Assembly: GCA_963785725.1 (NCBI GenBank)
Contig: CAWAWS010000020.1
Coordinates: 1-64,000, forward strand
From: an uncultured delta proteobacterium
GTDB lineage: Bacteria; Myxococcota_A; Polyangia; Palsa-1104
DNA: 64,000 nucleotides
Reading direction: 5' to 3'
The notes under the pieces are model-generated. The model was not told the origin of the DNA, ran no database searches, and saw only the letters and a program-made list of their open reading frames with translations. How positions within the stretch are numbered: position 1 is the stretch's first letter; each line of letters opens with the position of its first letter. Below, piece by piece: positions 28,464 through 38,776 of this stretch. A program made the translations under genes and the position numbers.

Positions 28464-29000
28464 ATGAACATCATGGAGACGCTCACGCAGCGTAACGCGG
28501 AGTTTATCGGGAGTCGTTTGTCGCCGGCGTTGAAGATCACGCCGTCGCTGAAGCTGATGATCATCGGCTGCGCCGATCCGCGCGTGGACCCCGCCTTGGT
28601 CCTCGGGCTCGAGCAGGGCGAGGCGGCCATCATTCGCAACGTCGGCGGCCGAATTACGCCGTCGACGCTGGAGACGCTGGCCATGCTCGGCAAGGTGGCC
28701 AAGGCCGCCGGCGGCGACCTCGGCGCCGGCTGGAACCTCATCGTGCTGCATCACACCGACTGCGGCATCACGCGGCTGCATGACGCGCCCGAGCTGCTGA
28801 CGAAATACTTCGGCATCACGCCGGCGCAGCTCGACGCGGTGGCGATCGGCGATCCGTACGCGTCGGTCAAGATCGACGTCGCGGCGCTGAAGGCGAACCC
28901 GTGGTTGCCGGCCCAGCTCACCGTCACCGGCGTCGTCTACGACGTGGCCAGCGGGCGGATCGCGACCGTGGTCCCGCCCGCGCAGCTGCGGAGGTTTTGA
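28464..29000 (+). CDS. Beta-class carbonic anhydrase
   Basis: CADPRV, RNVGGR and HHTDCG motifs. Confidence 0.9.
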   Translation: MNIMETLTQRNAEFIGSRLSPALKITPSLKLMIIGCADPRVDPALVLGLEQGEAAIIRNVGGRITPSTLETLAMLGKVAKAAGGDLGAGWNLIVLHHTDCGITRLHDAPELLTKYFGITPAQLDAVAIGDPYASVKIDVAALKANPWLPAQLTVTGVVYDVASGRIATVVPPAQLRRF

Positions 29001-29001
29001 A

Positions 29002-29751
29002 CTAGGTCAGGCTCATGCCGCCGTCGATCGACAGGACTTGGCCCGTCAGCCACGTCACCGTCGGGTCGCCCATCGAGACGATCCAGCGGGCCACCTCGGC
29101 GGTCGAGCCCATGCGACCGAGCGGCACCTGCTTGACGAACGCCTCTTTGACCGCGCCCACCATCTCCGCCGGGACCGCCTTGCCGAAGACCGGCGTGTCG
29201 GTCGGGCCGGGCGCGATGGCGTTGACGCGGACGCCGTGCGGCGCCAGCTCCAGCGCCCACGAGCGCGTCAGCGACTCGAGCGCCGCCTTCGTCGCGCCGT
29301 AGTGCGCCGCGCCCGGCGCCGGCTTGTGCCCGGCCGCGCTGCCGATGTTGATGATGCTGCCTTTGGACGCCTTGAGCGCCGGCAGCGCCGCCTGCGTCAC
29401 CAAGGTCGGCCCGAGCACGTTGATGTCGAACTGGCTGCGCACCTGCTCCTCGGTCACCTGCTCGAGCGGCGCCAGCACGAAGATGGCCGCGTTGTTGACG
29501 AGCACGTCGATGCGCCCGGCCTCGCGCACGATCGACTCGACCGCCTTGGCCACCGCCTTGCCGTCGACGACGTCGGCCAGCACCCAGCGCAGCGCCGGAT
29601 GCCGCGCCCGCGCCGCGTCGATCGCGTCCTTGCGCCGCGCGATGCCGAACACCTGCGCGCCCGCCTCCGCGAACGCCAGCGCCGCCGCCTCGCCGATCCC
29701 GGAGTTGGCGCCCGTAATCACCACGACTTTGCCTTCGAATGCCTTGGCCAT
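29002..29751 (-). CDS. SDR-family oxidoreductase
   Basis: TGANSGIG, NNA and YGATK motifs. Confidence 0.92.
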   Translation of the reverse strand: MAKAFEGKVVVITGANSGIGEAAALAFAEAGAQVFGIARRKDAIDAARARHPALRWVLADVVDGKAVAKAVESIVREAGRIDVLVNNAAIFVLAPLEQVTEEQVRSQFDINVLGPTLVTQAALPALKASKGSIINIGSAAGHKPAPGAAHYGATKAALESLTRSWALELAPHGVRVNAIAPGPTDTPVFGKAVPAEMVGAVKEAFVKQVPLGRMGSTAEVARWIVSMGDPTVTWLTGQVLSIDGGMSLT

Positions 29752-29863
29752 GTGTTCTCGCTCCTTGTGTTTCTGAAGCTACGCGCGGCGCGGCCACCGC
29801 GGTAGCCGGCCCGGCCGAGGATCACTTTTGCGTTCAAGTTACGAATCGGCCACGCTGCCGCTC

Positions 29864-30766
29864 ATGGACCTGCTCGAGAAAATGAGCACCTTCGTGCGCG
29901 TCGTCGAGGCCGGCAACTTCTCGAGCGCCGCCAAGCAGCTGCGCCTCTCCGCCGCCGCCGTCAGCCGCCAGATCGCCACGCTCGAGGAGGAGCTGAAGGT
30001 CTCCCTGTTGCGCCGCTCGACGCGGCGCATGGCGATCACCGCGGCCGGCCGGCTCTACTACGAGCGCTGCCTGCGCATCCTGCGCGAGGTCGAGGACGCG
30101 CAGGCGCTCGGCCGCGGCGCCGCGATCGACGGCTTTCTACGCGTCAACGCGCCGGTGACGTTCGGTCTCGCGCGTCTCGTGCCGCATCTGCACGCGCTCA
30201 TGCAGCGACATCGCGGCTTGCGTCTCGACTTGCGCCTGGAAGATCGGCTGATCGATCTGGCGCTGGAGGGCATGGACGTCGCCATTCGCGTCGGTGGCGC
30301 GCCGCCCGAGAGCAGCGACGTCGTGGCCCAGCCGCTGTTCGGCTTTCGCCGCATCTTGGTGGCGTCACCGCGCTATCTGAAGCGGATGGGCGAGCCGAAG
30401 ACGCCCGAAGCGCTGGCGAAGCACGACGCGCTCACGCACCCGCTCGGCAACGCGCCCGACAGCTGGTCGTTGACCGACGGCGAACGCGAGGCGCGCGTGC
30501 GGCTCAACGTCATGGTGCGCTCGAGCGCGCTGCACGCCGTGCGCGCGCTGGCGGAAGCGGGCGCCGGCGTCGCGCTCTTGCCCGATTGGCTCGTGACCGA
30601 CGAGGTGCGCGCGCGCAGCCTGCGCGTCGTGCTGCCGGCGTGGCACACCGAGCCGGTGAGCGTCCACGCGCTCTATCGCACGGCGCAGCGCGGGTCGGCG
30701 CGCGTGCGCGCCCTCATCGACCATCTGCGCGCCGCTTACGCCGAGCCGGCCCGCAAACGCAGCTAA
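29864..30766 (+). CDS. LysR-family regulator, divergent from the SDR gene
   Basis: FVRVVEAGNFSSAA...VSRQIATLE HTH; full-length effector domain. Confidence 0.92.
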   Translation: MDLLEKMSTFVRVVEAGNFSSAAKQLRLSAAAVSRQIATLEEELKVSLLRRSTRRMAITAAGRLYYERCLRILREVEDAQALGRGAAIDGFLRVNAPVTFGLARLVPHLHALMQRHRGLRLDLRLEDRLIDLALEGMDVAIRVGGAPPESSDVVAQPLFGFRRILVASPRYLKRMGEPKTPEALAKHDALTHPLGNAPDSWSLTDGEREARVRLNVMVRSSALHAVRALAEAGAGVALLPDWLVTDEVRARSLRVVLPAWHTEPVSVHALYRTAQRGSARVRALIDHLRAAYAEPARKRS

Positions 30767-32025
30767 GACGTGCACGCCAAGAGGCGCCGCTCGAGGAAAC
30801 GCCGCTCCATCGGATTGCGGGCCAGCTCGAGCGCGATCGCGAAGTGGCGGGCGGCGACGTCGAGGCGGCCGCGCTTGCGCTCGAGCTCGCCGAGTGCCGC
30901 CGCGTAGAAGGGGTAGCCCGCCATGCGCTCGGAGTCGACGATGGCGTGCAGCTCGGCCAGGCCGCGCTCGGGTCCGTCGCGCTCGGCGATGGCGAGCGCG
31001 CGGTTGAGCGCGACCACCGGCGACGGCCGAATGCGCATGAGCGTGTCGTAGAGCGAGACGATCGTCGTCCAGCGCGTGTCCTCGGGCCGCGCCGCCGACG
31101 CGTGCACGGCCGCGATCGCCGCCTCGACGTGATAGGCGGTCAGCTCGGCGCCGCTCGTCGCCAAGTCCATGAGCTGCAGGCCCGCGGCGACGAGCTCGCG
31201 ATCCCACAGCGAACGATCTTGCGCGGAGAGCAGCGTCAGGTCGCCGAGCTCGTCGACCCGCGCCGGCAGCCGCGCCGCGTGCAGACACATGAGCGCCGCG
31301 AGCGCGTACGTCGTCGGCGTGGCCGTCAGCGCGTGCCGGCACAAAAGCGACACCAGCCGCAACGCCTCGTCGCACAGCTCTTTACGCACGGCCGACTGCG
31401 GCGAGGCGCCGTGATAGCCCTCGTTGAAGAGCAGATAGAGCGCGCGCTGCACCGACGACAGGCGCGCCGCGAAGTCGCCGTCGCTGAGCTCGAACAGCCG
31501 CTGCGAGCCGGCGAGCGCGGCCTTGGCGCGCGTGATGCGCTTCTTGATGGCCTCCTCGCCGCTCAAGAAGGCGCCCGCGACCTCGGCGACGCTGAAGCCG
31601 CCGAGAATATGCAGGACGAGCGCGACCTGCGCCTCTTCCGGCAGGCGCGGCTGGCAGCAGGAGAACATCATGCGCAGCTGATCGTCTTGCATGGCCAGGG
31701 CGCCGAACAGCGCGTCGACGCGCGGCTCGAGCTCCGCCTCCTGCTCGCTCAGGAGCGCGCGCGTCAGCTCGGGCGCGAACGTACGCGCCGTCCGTTCGCG
31801 GCGCAGCACGTCGAGCGCGCGGTTCTTGGCCGTCGTCATCAGCCACGCCGCCGGATTGTCGGGCACGCCGCCGACCTTCCAGACCTCGAGCGCGCGACAC
31901 AGCGCCTCCTGCACGACGTCCTCGGCGAGCGCCAAGTTGTGCACGCCGAAGACGCGCGCCAGAACGGCCACCATCCGCCCGGCCTCGCGCCGAAACAGAT
32001 GATCGAGCGGCTCCGGCTCGGCCAT
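30763..32025 (-). CDS. ECF sigma factor with a C-terminal DUF6596/TPR extension (ECF42-like)
   Basis: AEDVVQEA, NPAAWL, DDQLRMMFSCC, LYLLFNEGY and QDRSLWD motifs. Confidence 0.9.
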   Translation of the reverse strand: MAEPEPLDHLFRREAGRMVAVLARVFGVHNLALAEDVVQEALCRALEVWKVGGVPDNPAAWLMTTAKNRALDVLRRERTARTFAPELTRALLSEQEAELEPRVDALFGALAMQDDQLRMMFSCCQPRLPEEAQVALVLHILGGFSVAEVAGAFLSGEEAIKKRITRAKAALAGSQRLFELSDGDFAARLSSVQRALYLLFNEGYHGASPQSAVRKELCDEALRLVSLLCRHALTATPTTYALAALMCLHAARLPARVDELGDLTLLSAQDRSLWDRELVAAGLQLMDLATSGAELTAYHVEAAIAAVHASAARPEDTRWTTIVSLYDTLMRIRPSPVVALNRALAIAERDGPERGLAELHAIVDSERMAGYPFYAAALGELERKRGRLDVAARHFAIALELARNPMERRFLERRLLACTS

Positions 32026-32026
32026 T

Positions 32027-32374
32027 TTACGACCGCAGCATCTGAAACACCGGCCGCACCTCGATGAGCCCGCCGTCGAGCAAGAGCGGATGCGTCTGCG
32101 AGAGCGCGATGGCGTGCGTCAGATCGTCGGCCTCGACCAGCGTGAAGCCGATGACGAGATCCTTCTCGGCGTACGGCCCGTCGGTGACGTTGCGCTTGGG
32201 CGCCGCCGACACGACCTTGCCGCCGCGCTCGAGCGGCACGCCGCGGTCACGAATGCGCCCTTCGTCCGTCATCTGCTTGAACCAGGCGAGCCAACGTTGC
32301 AGGCGCTGCTCCATCTGCGCCGGCGACGGCTTTTCGACTTCATCGTGGCGATACATGAACACGAACTGGGCCAT
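32027..32374 (-). CDS. YciI/DGPF-family protein
   Basis: VTDGPYAEKDLVIGF and IEVRP motifs; upstream of the ECF sigma gene. Confidence 0.88.
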   Translation of the reverse strand: MAQFVFMYRHDEVEKPSPAQMEQRLQRWLAWFKQMTDEGRIRDRGVPLERGGKVVSAAPKRNVTDGPYAEKDLVIGFTLVEADDLTHAIALSQTHPLLLDGGLIEVRPVFQMLRS

Positions 32375-32392
32375 GTCGAGCCTCCTGCCATG

Positions 32393-32426
32393 ACGACGAA
32401 CGACCCGCGCCGCTCGGGACAACTAT
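32393..32426 (-). promoter_or_regulatory. Candidate ECF sigma promoter (copy 2, autoregulatory position)
   Basis: ATAGTTGTCCCG-N16-CGTCGT upstream of the YciI-sigma operon. Confidence 0.75.
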
Positions 32427-32532
32427 CTTCGCACGCGCGGCCGCATCGCGCCTGGCGGAGCCGATTTGCGCCCGCGGAGCAATTTCGCTCCGAACGCCCG
32501 CCGGCGCGACCGTGAAGTCGCGGCGTTGCAGC

Positions 32533-32548
32533 TGGCACGCGGCCTGCT
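32533..32548 (+). promoter_or_regulatory. Candidate sigma54 promoter
   Basis: TGGCACGCGGCCTGCT; inverted repeat CGGAGC-N6-GCTCCG at 32475-32492 upstream. Confidence 0.7.
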
Positions 32549-32592
32549 CTGGAACGCGCTCGCGTCGGCACGAGCCGGCCGAGGAGACGCCC

Positions 32593-33129
32593 ATGAATCG
32601 ACTGACGAGCTTCATTCATCCCGTGCAACTTGGTGGCATTTTGGCGCTCTCGCTGGCCGCGATCGGCTGCGGCAGCAGCGTCGACCACGACTCGGCCGTC
32701 AAGGTCATGAACCTGGCGCTGACGGGCACCGTCGCCGCCGACAACCAGACGGTGTCGGTGAACCTCAATCCCAACGGCGGCACCGTCACGGCGTCGCTGA
32801 CGAACCTCTTCGGCAGCGGCACCGGCACCGTCGACGGCTCGCTGACGCACAAGGGCACGCTGACGACGTCGAGCTTGGTGGTCGCGCTCGACGACTGGAG
32901 CGACCCGCAGCACAGCATCAAGCTCTCCGGCTCGCTGCACGAGACCGGCAGCTTCTCGTCGCAGCTGCCGCTCGTCGGTGACGTCGAGCTCACGGGCGCG
33001 CTGCAGTCGACCGGCGACATCAACGCCACCGTCGACTTCGACGTGCAGGGCTCATACTCGCTCAACGGCTTCAAGGTCAGCGGCGACGTCGGCGGTCAGT
33101 CGCTCGGCACCATCCAAGTCACGCTGTAG
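32593..33129 (+). CDS. Beta-rich lipoprotein
   Basis: GAGGAG RBS; lipobox AIGC; Ser/Thr/Gly-rich beta-like sequence. Confidence 0.75.
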   Translation: MNRLTSFIHPVQLGGILALSLAAIGCGSSVDHDSAVKVMNLALTGTVAADNQTVSVNLNPNGGTVTASLTNLFGSGTGTVDGSLTHKGTLTTSSLVVALDDWSDPQHSIKLSGSLHETGSFSSQLPLVGDVELTGALQSTGDINATVDFDVQGSYSLNGFKVSGDVGGQSLGTIQVTL

Positions 33130-34736
33130 CTAACGCGGCCGGCGGCGATGGTCCATCGTCAGGCCCGGCGGACAAGCGACCGTCGCCAGCGCGTAGGGCG
33201 CGGTCACGACTTCCGCCAGGGTCGTCGACATATTGACGAGGTCGGTGCCGTCGGCGGCGTTGGCCGAGCCCGTCGTCGGCGGCGCGTGATCCCACTGATT
33301 GCCCGCGAACGGCACGGGATCCGAGCCGCCGGCGAGCTGCAGCCAGACGTCGAAGCCGGACGGGTTCTCGATCCCCGAGTTGCAGCGGAAGACGTTGTTG
33401 CCGTTGTCGTCGGCGGTGCCGAAGTCGATCGTGCGACCGCCCTCGCCCAACCCGTCGCCGTCGATGAAGACGCCGGTGTTGTTGCCCAAGAACTGATTGT
33501 CGCGCGCCTTCATCACGCTCACTTGGTCGTGCAGCACGAGGCCGGCCGGCTGCGGATCGAGCGACGGGTAGCCTTGCGCCGTCATGAGAAAGCCGGCCGC
33601 GTTCGTGAAGGTGTTCCCGTTCAGCTCGTTGATCTGCACGCCGTGCGAGAACGAAGCGCCCGACGTCTCCAGCGCCTCGAAGAGGTTGTCGTCCATCGTC
33701 AACGTGACGAAGGGCTGCTGCCGGTTGACGGCGGTGACGCCGAGGCCGGCGTTGCTGAAGGTGTTGCCGCGGATGATGAGCGACTGCGTGCAATCGAACA
33801 TGTCGAGGCAGTAGCCGGCGTCCTGCGTGTCGTCGCTGCTGCCGTAAGTGTTGCTGAACGTGTTGCCGCCGTTGGGCGTGCCGTCGCCGATGACGGCGGC
33901 GACGAGCGGCGCGTCGCTGATGCCCCACAAGCCGCAGCCGAGCACCCAGGCGCCGCGACCGTTGCCGTTGATGGTGCTGCCGGTGAGCGACAGGTTGCAG
34001 CCGCTGGTGGCCGAGTTGGTGACGACGACGCCGGTGTGGTAGCCGGGGCCAATCTCGAGCGCGCTCAAGCGGGTGTTGGGCGCCACGAACGCCGTGCCGG
34101 ACTGGGGCGCGTTGCCGCGATCGCAGAAGACGCCGAAGAAGACGTTCATGTCGCCGGGCGTTTGCGCGCGTGTCACCGTCATGGCCGAGAGCGACACATT
34201 GGCGCCGACATCGCCAACTTGGAAGGTGGCGCCGAAATCGGCCAGTCGCTCATCTCGCTGTTGTTGAAGACGCCTTGATCGACCTGGTGCGCGATGTAGC
34301 CGAAGCCATTGACGATGGTGTTGCCGGCGCCGGCGCCGACGATGCTGATGGGGCCGCGGACGACGATGGGGAAGGTCTCGCCGTGGCCCACGTCGTACGT
34401 GCCGGCCGAGACGTGGATGGTCACCGGGTTGGACCCGCCGGTGACGCCTTGGACGGCGGCGGTGATGGTGGCGTACGGGCAAACCGCGCCCGAGCCGCTG
34501 GTGGCGGCGGGGTCGCCGCCGACGTAGACGTCACTGCGCTCGAAGTCGAACTGCGGCGGCGGCCGGCACAGGCACTCCTGCGCGTGCGCCGTGCACTGGC
34601 CGCCGCTGCTGCAGTGTTGACCGGCGGGGCAGCTCCCGTCGGCGCCGCACAAGACGGTGCAGTCGGCGAAGGTCGGCTGGTAGCAGCTCGACGACAACGC
34701 GACCGCGCCCGCGAGCGCTAGAACGACGCGGCGCAT
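33130..34736 (-). CDS. Lipoprotein with a Cys-rich N-terminus and a DUF1565/parallel beta-helix region; frameshift near 34241
   Basis: SSCYQP...CGADGSCPAGQHC; CPYATITAA...AGTY...GETFPI; continues in the frame of ORF 33130..34482 (DFGATFQVG...). Confidence 0.7.
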
Positions 34737-35521
34737 GCCACCATCCCGCCGCTCGGCTGCACGAAGCCGCTGACGCGCACGCCGCGCTCGCTCTGACGGC
34801 CGACGCCGTACAAAATCACGCCGCCCGCGGCCATCGCGCCGCCGACGCCGAAGAGCACGCCGGCCGCGATGTTGTCGCGCCGTCCGCGCGCGTCCGTCTG
34901 CTGCTCCACGCTCGTCTGCCACTGCCCGTTCGCGTCCAGCTCCTGCTGCACCGTCGTTTGGGCGTGCGCGCCGTCGACGGTGAAGTAGATCGCCGCCGCC
35001 AGCGCCGCCGCGCCCGCGCCGACGAGGACGAGCCCGCCCACTTCCTGCTGCCGCGCGCGCCGCACGCGCGACGCCGGCGACTCGGGCGCGGGCGCGCTCC
35101 ACGCGGCCGCCGCCGCGGCTGGTCGCGGCGCCACGAGGCCCGGCGCCACGTTCGAGCTCGCGACCGCGACCGCCGGCGCCGGCTGCGCGCAGCGCTCCAT
35201 GTCGCGAATGCGGCCGTCGAGCGCGTCGCGATTGCCGCCGGTCGGCGCCGCCTCCGCATAGCGACGGTAATATTGCAGCGCATGGTCGCAGTCGCCGGCC
35301 AGCCGATAGGCCTGCGCGATGTTGAACAGCAGCGCCGGCAGCGGCGACATCGCATACGACCGCTGAAAGCTGGCGATCGCCGGCGCGTACTCGTTCTGCC
35401 GGAAATGCTCCAGCCCTTCGTCGGACAGCGCGCGCGCCTGCTCGGCGACCGACGGCGGCTGCGCAGACGCGACCGCGCTCGACAACGCCACCACCAAGAC
35501 CAACCACGAAAGACGAATCAC
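34718..35521 (-). CDS. Secreted TPR protein with a C-terminal hydrophobic segment
   Basis: AIASFQRSY...LLFNIAQAYR...ALQYYRRY TPR. Confidence 0.8.
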   Translation of the reverse strand: MIRLSWLVLVVALSSAVASAQPPSVAEQARALSDEGLEHFRQNEYAPAIASFQRSYAMSPLPALLFNIAQAYRLAGDCDHALQYYRRYAEAAPTGGNRDALDGRIRDMERCAQPAPAVAVASSNVAPGLVAPRPAAAAAAWSAPAPESPASRVRRARQQEVGGLVLVGAGAAALAAAIYFTVDGAHAQTTVQQELDANGQWQTSVEQQTDARGRRDNIAAGVLFGVGGAMAAGGVILYGVGRQSERGVRVSGFVQPSGGMVACAASF

Positions 35522-35673
35522 CCACCCCCGGTTGACGACCCGGGGCGAATCTAGCAGCGCCAGCCCGACGGCGGGAAGACCTTGCGTGCAACGGCTGCGC
35601 GAAACCGCGCGCCGTGAGCGGGGCCACTTCCGGCGCCTTTGCCGCGGCGCGCTGCACGAAAAACGGACGCCGG

Positions 35674-35693
35674 CGCCGGCGCTGTTCGTTTTC
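35674..35693 (+). promoter_or_regulatory. 20-bp upstream motif, copy 1 (candidate enhancer)
   Basis: CGCCGGCGCTGTTCGTTTTC, identical to 38655-38674. Confidence 0.65.
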
Positions 35694-35727
35694 TACACGC
35701 CGAATCGGCCTTTTCCCGGCGCTTTGG

Positions 35728-35743
35728 CGGCACGAGGCTTGCT
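35728..35743 (+). promoter_or_regulatory. Candidate sigma54 promoter of the HK-RR operon
   Basis: CGGCACGAGGCTTGCT (GG-N10-GC). Confidence 0.7.
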
Positions 35744-35791
35744 GTCGTCATTTGACCGGTGCCGCGCCAGCTGCCCATACTGTCTGCGCTC

Positions 35792-37270
35792 ATGCCCGGT
35801 CCGCGGCGACGACGTCTGCAGTCGATCTTCGGCGTGCTGTCGCTCGTGACGACGGCGCTCCTGCTCGTGCTCGGCGGCGTGGCCGTGCGCTCGGTCGCCG
35901 TCAGCCATCGCGCGGCCACCGACGCCGCGCGCGCCGACCTGGACGCGCTCGAGGACGCCTCGCAGCTGCAAGCGCTGCTCTATCAAAAAGGGTTCGTGGC
36001 CGAGTTCTTCTTGACCGGCGATCGCCGCTGGCTCGTCGAGCTGGGCCGCTCGCGCGCCGAGTTCGACCGCTGGATCGCCGCCGTCACACGCAACGCCGGC
36101 GCCACGCCCGAGCTCGCTCTCATCACCGGCAGCCTCGTCACCGAATACGGCCGCTACGACGCCGACCGCACGCGCGCCATCGGCGAGTTCGACGCCGGTC
36201 GCAAAGACGCCGCCGTGCGCGCGCTCGTCGACGCCAGCGAGCGCGGACCGAAGCTGCGCGAATTGGCGCTCGCGCTCATTCGCGCCCGTCGTGACGAAGT
36301 GGCGGCGCGGCTGCAGGCGGCCGACCACGTGTGGGCGCGGGCGCAGCTGACGCTGGCGCTCTTGGTGACGCTGGCCATCGTCGGCGCGCTCGGCTCGGGC
36401 TACCTCTTGGCGCGGCGCGTGGCGCGGCCGCTGTACGACTTGGTGCTGCGTGCCGAGTCGGCGGCGTCGGGCGCGCGCGTCGAGATCACCGCCGACGACG
36501 AGATCGGCGCCCTGTCGGAGCACGTGACGCACCTGGCGCGGACGATCGAAGCGTCGTCGACGGCGTTGGCGGAGCAGCGCGCGCGGCTCGTGCAAGCGGA
36601 GAAGATGTCGGCGCTCGGCGAGATGGCGACGGCGGTGGCGCACGAGGTCCTGAATCCGCTGACGGGCGTGAAGACGGCCTTGCAGCTGCTGCAGCGCACC
36701 AACGCGGCGCCGGACGTGGCCGAGACGGTGGCGGCCTGCGACGCCGAGATTCGCCGCGTCGAGCAGCTGGCGCGGCGGCTCATGAACTTCGCCTGCCCGG
36801 CGACGCCGCGGCCGGAGCGCGTGGCCCTGACCGAGCTGTGGCCGCGCGTCGCCGCCGCCGCCCGCGGCGAAGCCGAGCCGCGCCACCTGACGGTCACGCC
36901 GGCCCTCGACGCGGCGCCGCTCGTGACCGCCGATCCCGACTTACTGACGCAGCTGCTCATCAACCTCGTGGTCAACGCCTGCCAGGCGACGCCCGACGGC
37001 GGCGACGCCGTGCGCGTGCGCGCCCGCGCCGAACGCGGCTGGCGCGTCGTCGAAGTCGTCGACGGCGGCCGCGGCCTGTCGCCGGCCGTGGCGACGCGGC
37101 TGTTCGCGCCCTTCGTCACCGACAAGCGCGAAGGCCACGGCCTCGGCCTCGCCATCTCGCAGAACATCGCGCTCGCGCACGGCGGCCGCATCGACGTGCA
37201 CGACAACGGCGCCCAGCCGGGCATGACCTTCGCCGTCTGGCTGCCCGAGCACGAGGACGCGGCCGCGTGA
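35792..37270 (+). CDS. Membrane sensor histidine kinase (periplasmic helical sensor, HAMP, HisKA, HATPase)
   Basis: AHEVLNPL H-box, NLVVNA N-box, DGGRG and GHGLGLAIS G-boxes. Confidence 0.92.
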   Translation: MPGPRRRRLQSIFGVLSLVTTALLLVLGGVAVRSVAVSHRAATDAARADLDALEDASQLQALLYQKGFVAEFFLTGDRRWLVELGRSRAEFDRWIAAVTRNAGATPELALITGSLVTEYGRYDADRTRAIGEFDAGRKDAAVRALVDASERGPKLRELALALIRARRDEVAARLQAADHVWARAQLTLALLVTLAIVGALGSGYLLARRVARPLYDLVLRAESAASGARVEITADDEIGALSEHVTHLARTIEASSTALAEQRARLVQAEKMSALGEMATAVAHEVLNPLTGVKTALQLLQRTNAAPDVAETVAACDAEIRRVEQLARRLMNFACPATPRPERVALTELWPRVAAAARGEAEPRHLTVTPALDAAPLVTADPDLLTQLLINLVVNACQATPDGGDAVRVRARAERGWRVVEVVDGGRGLSPAVATRLFAPFVTDKREGHGLGLAISQNIALAHGGRIDVHDNGAQPGMTFAVWLPEHEDAAA

Positions 37271-38619
37271 AGGCGCAAGTCCTCGTCGTCGATGATGAGC
37301 GGCTGATTCGCACGTCGCTCGAGCGCGCGTTCGCGGCGTCGGGCCATCAAGCCGAAGCGGCCGATTCGGTGGCGTCGGCGCTGCTGGCGCTGCAGCGCAA
37401 GAAGTTCGATCTCGTCATCCTCGACCTGAAGCTGCCCGACGGCCAAGGCACCGAGGTCTTGAAGCGGATCGTCGCCGAGTCGCCGGAGACGAAGGTGGTC
37501 GTCATCACCGCGCACGGCACGGTGTCGAACGCCGTCGCGGCCATGAAGCTCGGCGCCTACGACTTCGTCAACAAGCCGTTCGAGCTCGACGAGCTCTTGG
37601 CGACGGGCGCCAACGCCTTGCGCGCCGGGACGCTCGAGCGGCGCGTCGCCTATCTCGACGGGCGCGAGCGCTCGCGCTTCGACGCCGACGTCGTGCCCGG
37701 CGCGGCGCCGGCGATGGTGGCGCTCGAGCGCGAGGTGAGCATGGTGGCGCCGCAGCCGGTGCCGGTGGTGCTCGTCGTCGGCGAGACCGGCAGCGGCAAG
37801 GCGCTCGTCGCCCGCGCGCTGCATTACGCCTCGGCGCGCGCCAACGGCCCCTTCGTCGAGCTGAACGCGGCCGCGATCCCCGAGAATTTGGTGGAGTCGG
37901 AGCTGTTCGGCCACGAGCGCGGCGCCTTCTCCGACGCGCGCGAACGCAAGCTCGGCCTCGTCGAAGTGGCCGACGGCGGCACGCTCTTCCTCGACGAGAT
38001 CGGCGAGCTGCCGGCGCAGGCGCAGGCCAAGCTCCTGACGTTCCTCGAGTCGTTCAGCTTTCGCCGCGTCGGCGCCACGGCCAGCCGCACCGTCGACGTG
38101 CGCCTCGTCGCGGCCACCAACCGCGAGCTGGCGCAGCTGGTCAAGGACGGCCGTTTTCGAGCCGATCTGTACTATCGCTTGGCGGCGATAACGCTGCAGC
38201 TGCCGCCCTTACGCCAGCGACGCGAGGATGTGCGGCCGCTGGCACAGCACTTCGTCGTCCAGCACGCGCAGCGCTACGGCAAGGCGTTTCGCGGCGTCAG
38301 CGACGAAGCGGCGCGGCTGCTCGAGAGCTGGTCCTGGCCCGGCAACGTCCGCGAGCTGAAGGCGGTCATCCAGCGCGCCGTGCTCATGAACGACGCGCCG
38401 CAGCTGGAAGCCGCGCATTTGCCGGCCGAGCTGGTGCTGGCGGCGCTCGATCCGATCCCGGGCGCGCTGCAGACCCCGACGGCGCTGCCGTCGCTCGACG
38501 AGATCGAGCGCCGCTACATGCGCGCCGTCTTGAGCTTGACCGGCGGCAACAAGCTGCGCGCCGCCGAGCACCTCGGCATCACGCGCCAGACGCTCGCCAA
38601 GCGCCTCGGCGAAGAGTAG
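37267..38619 (+). CDS. Sigma54-dependent response regulator (NtrC family)
   Basis: VLVVDDE/LDLKLPD receiver domain, GETGSGK, ESELFGHERGAFSDA, FLDEIG, WPGNVREL and a Fis-type HTH. Confidence 0.94.
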   Translation: MKAQVLVVDDERLIRTSLERAFAASGHQAEAADSVASALLALQRKKFDLVILDLKLPDGQGTEVLKRIVAESPETKVVVITAHGTVSNAVAAMKLGAYDFVNKPFELDELLATGANALRAGTLERRVAYLDGRERSRFDADVVPGAAPAMVALEREVSMVAPQPVPVVLVVGETGSGKALVARALHYASARANGPFVELNAAAIPENLVESELFGHERGAFSDARERKLGLVEVADGGTLFLDEIGELPAQAQAKLLTFLESFSFRRVGATASRTVDVRLVAATNRELAQLVKDGRFRADLYYRLAAITLQLPPLRQRREDVRPLAQHFVVQHAQRYGKAFRGVSDEAARLLESWSWPGNVRELKAVIQRAVLMNDAPQLEAAHLPAELVLAALDPIPGALQTPTALPSLDEIERRYMRAVLSLTGGNKLRAAEHLGITRQTLAKRLGEE

Positions 38620-38654
38620 GACGCGCCCGCGGCTGCGCGATCGGTTGACAGCGT

Positions 38655-38674
38655 CGCCGGCGCTGTTCGTTTTC
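38655..38674 (+). promoter_or_regulatory. 20-bp upstream motif, copy 2 (candidate enhancer)
   Basis: CGCCGGCGCTGTTCGTTTTC, identical to 35674-35693. Confidence 0.65.
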
Positions 38675-38730
38675 CTTCCACTGACCGCCACGTGAACAAG
38701 CGTAAGTCCCCGTCGGACTAGGGCTACGGC

Positions 38731-38746
38731 TGGAACGGCAGCTGCA
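38731..38746 (+). promoter_or_regulatory. Candidate sigma54 promoter of the OmpA operon
   Basis: TGGAACGGCAGCTGCA (GG-N10-GC); AAGGAGG RBS downstream. Confidence 0.6.
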
Positions 38747-38776
38747 GTTGCGCCTGCTCGCCAAGGAGGCGTTCCC

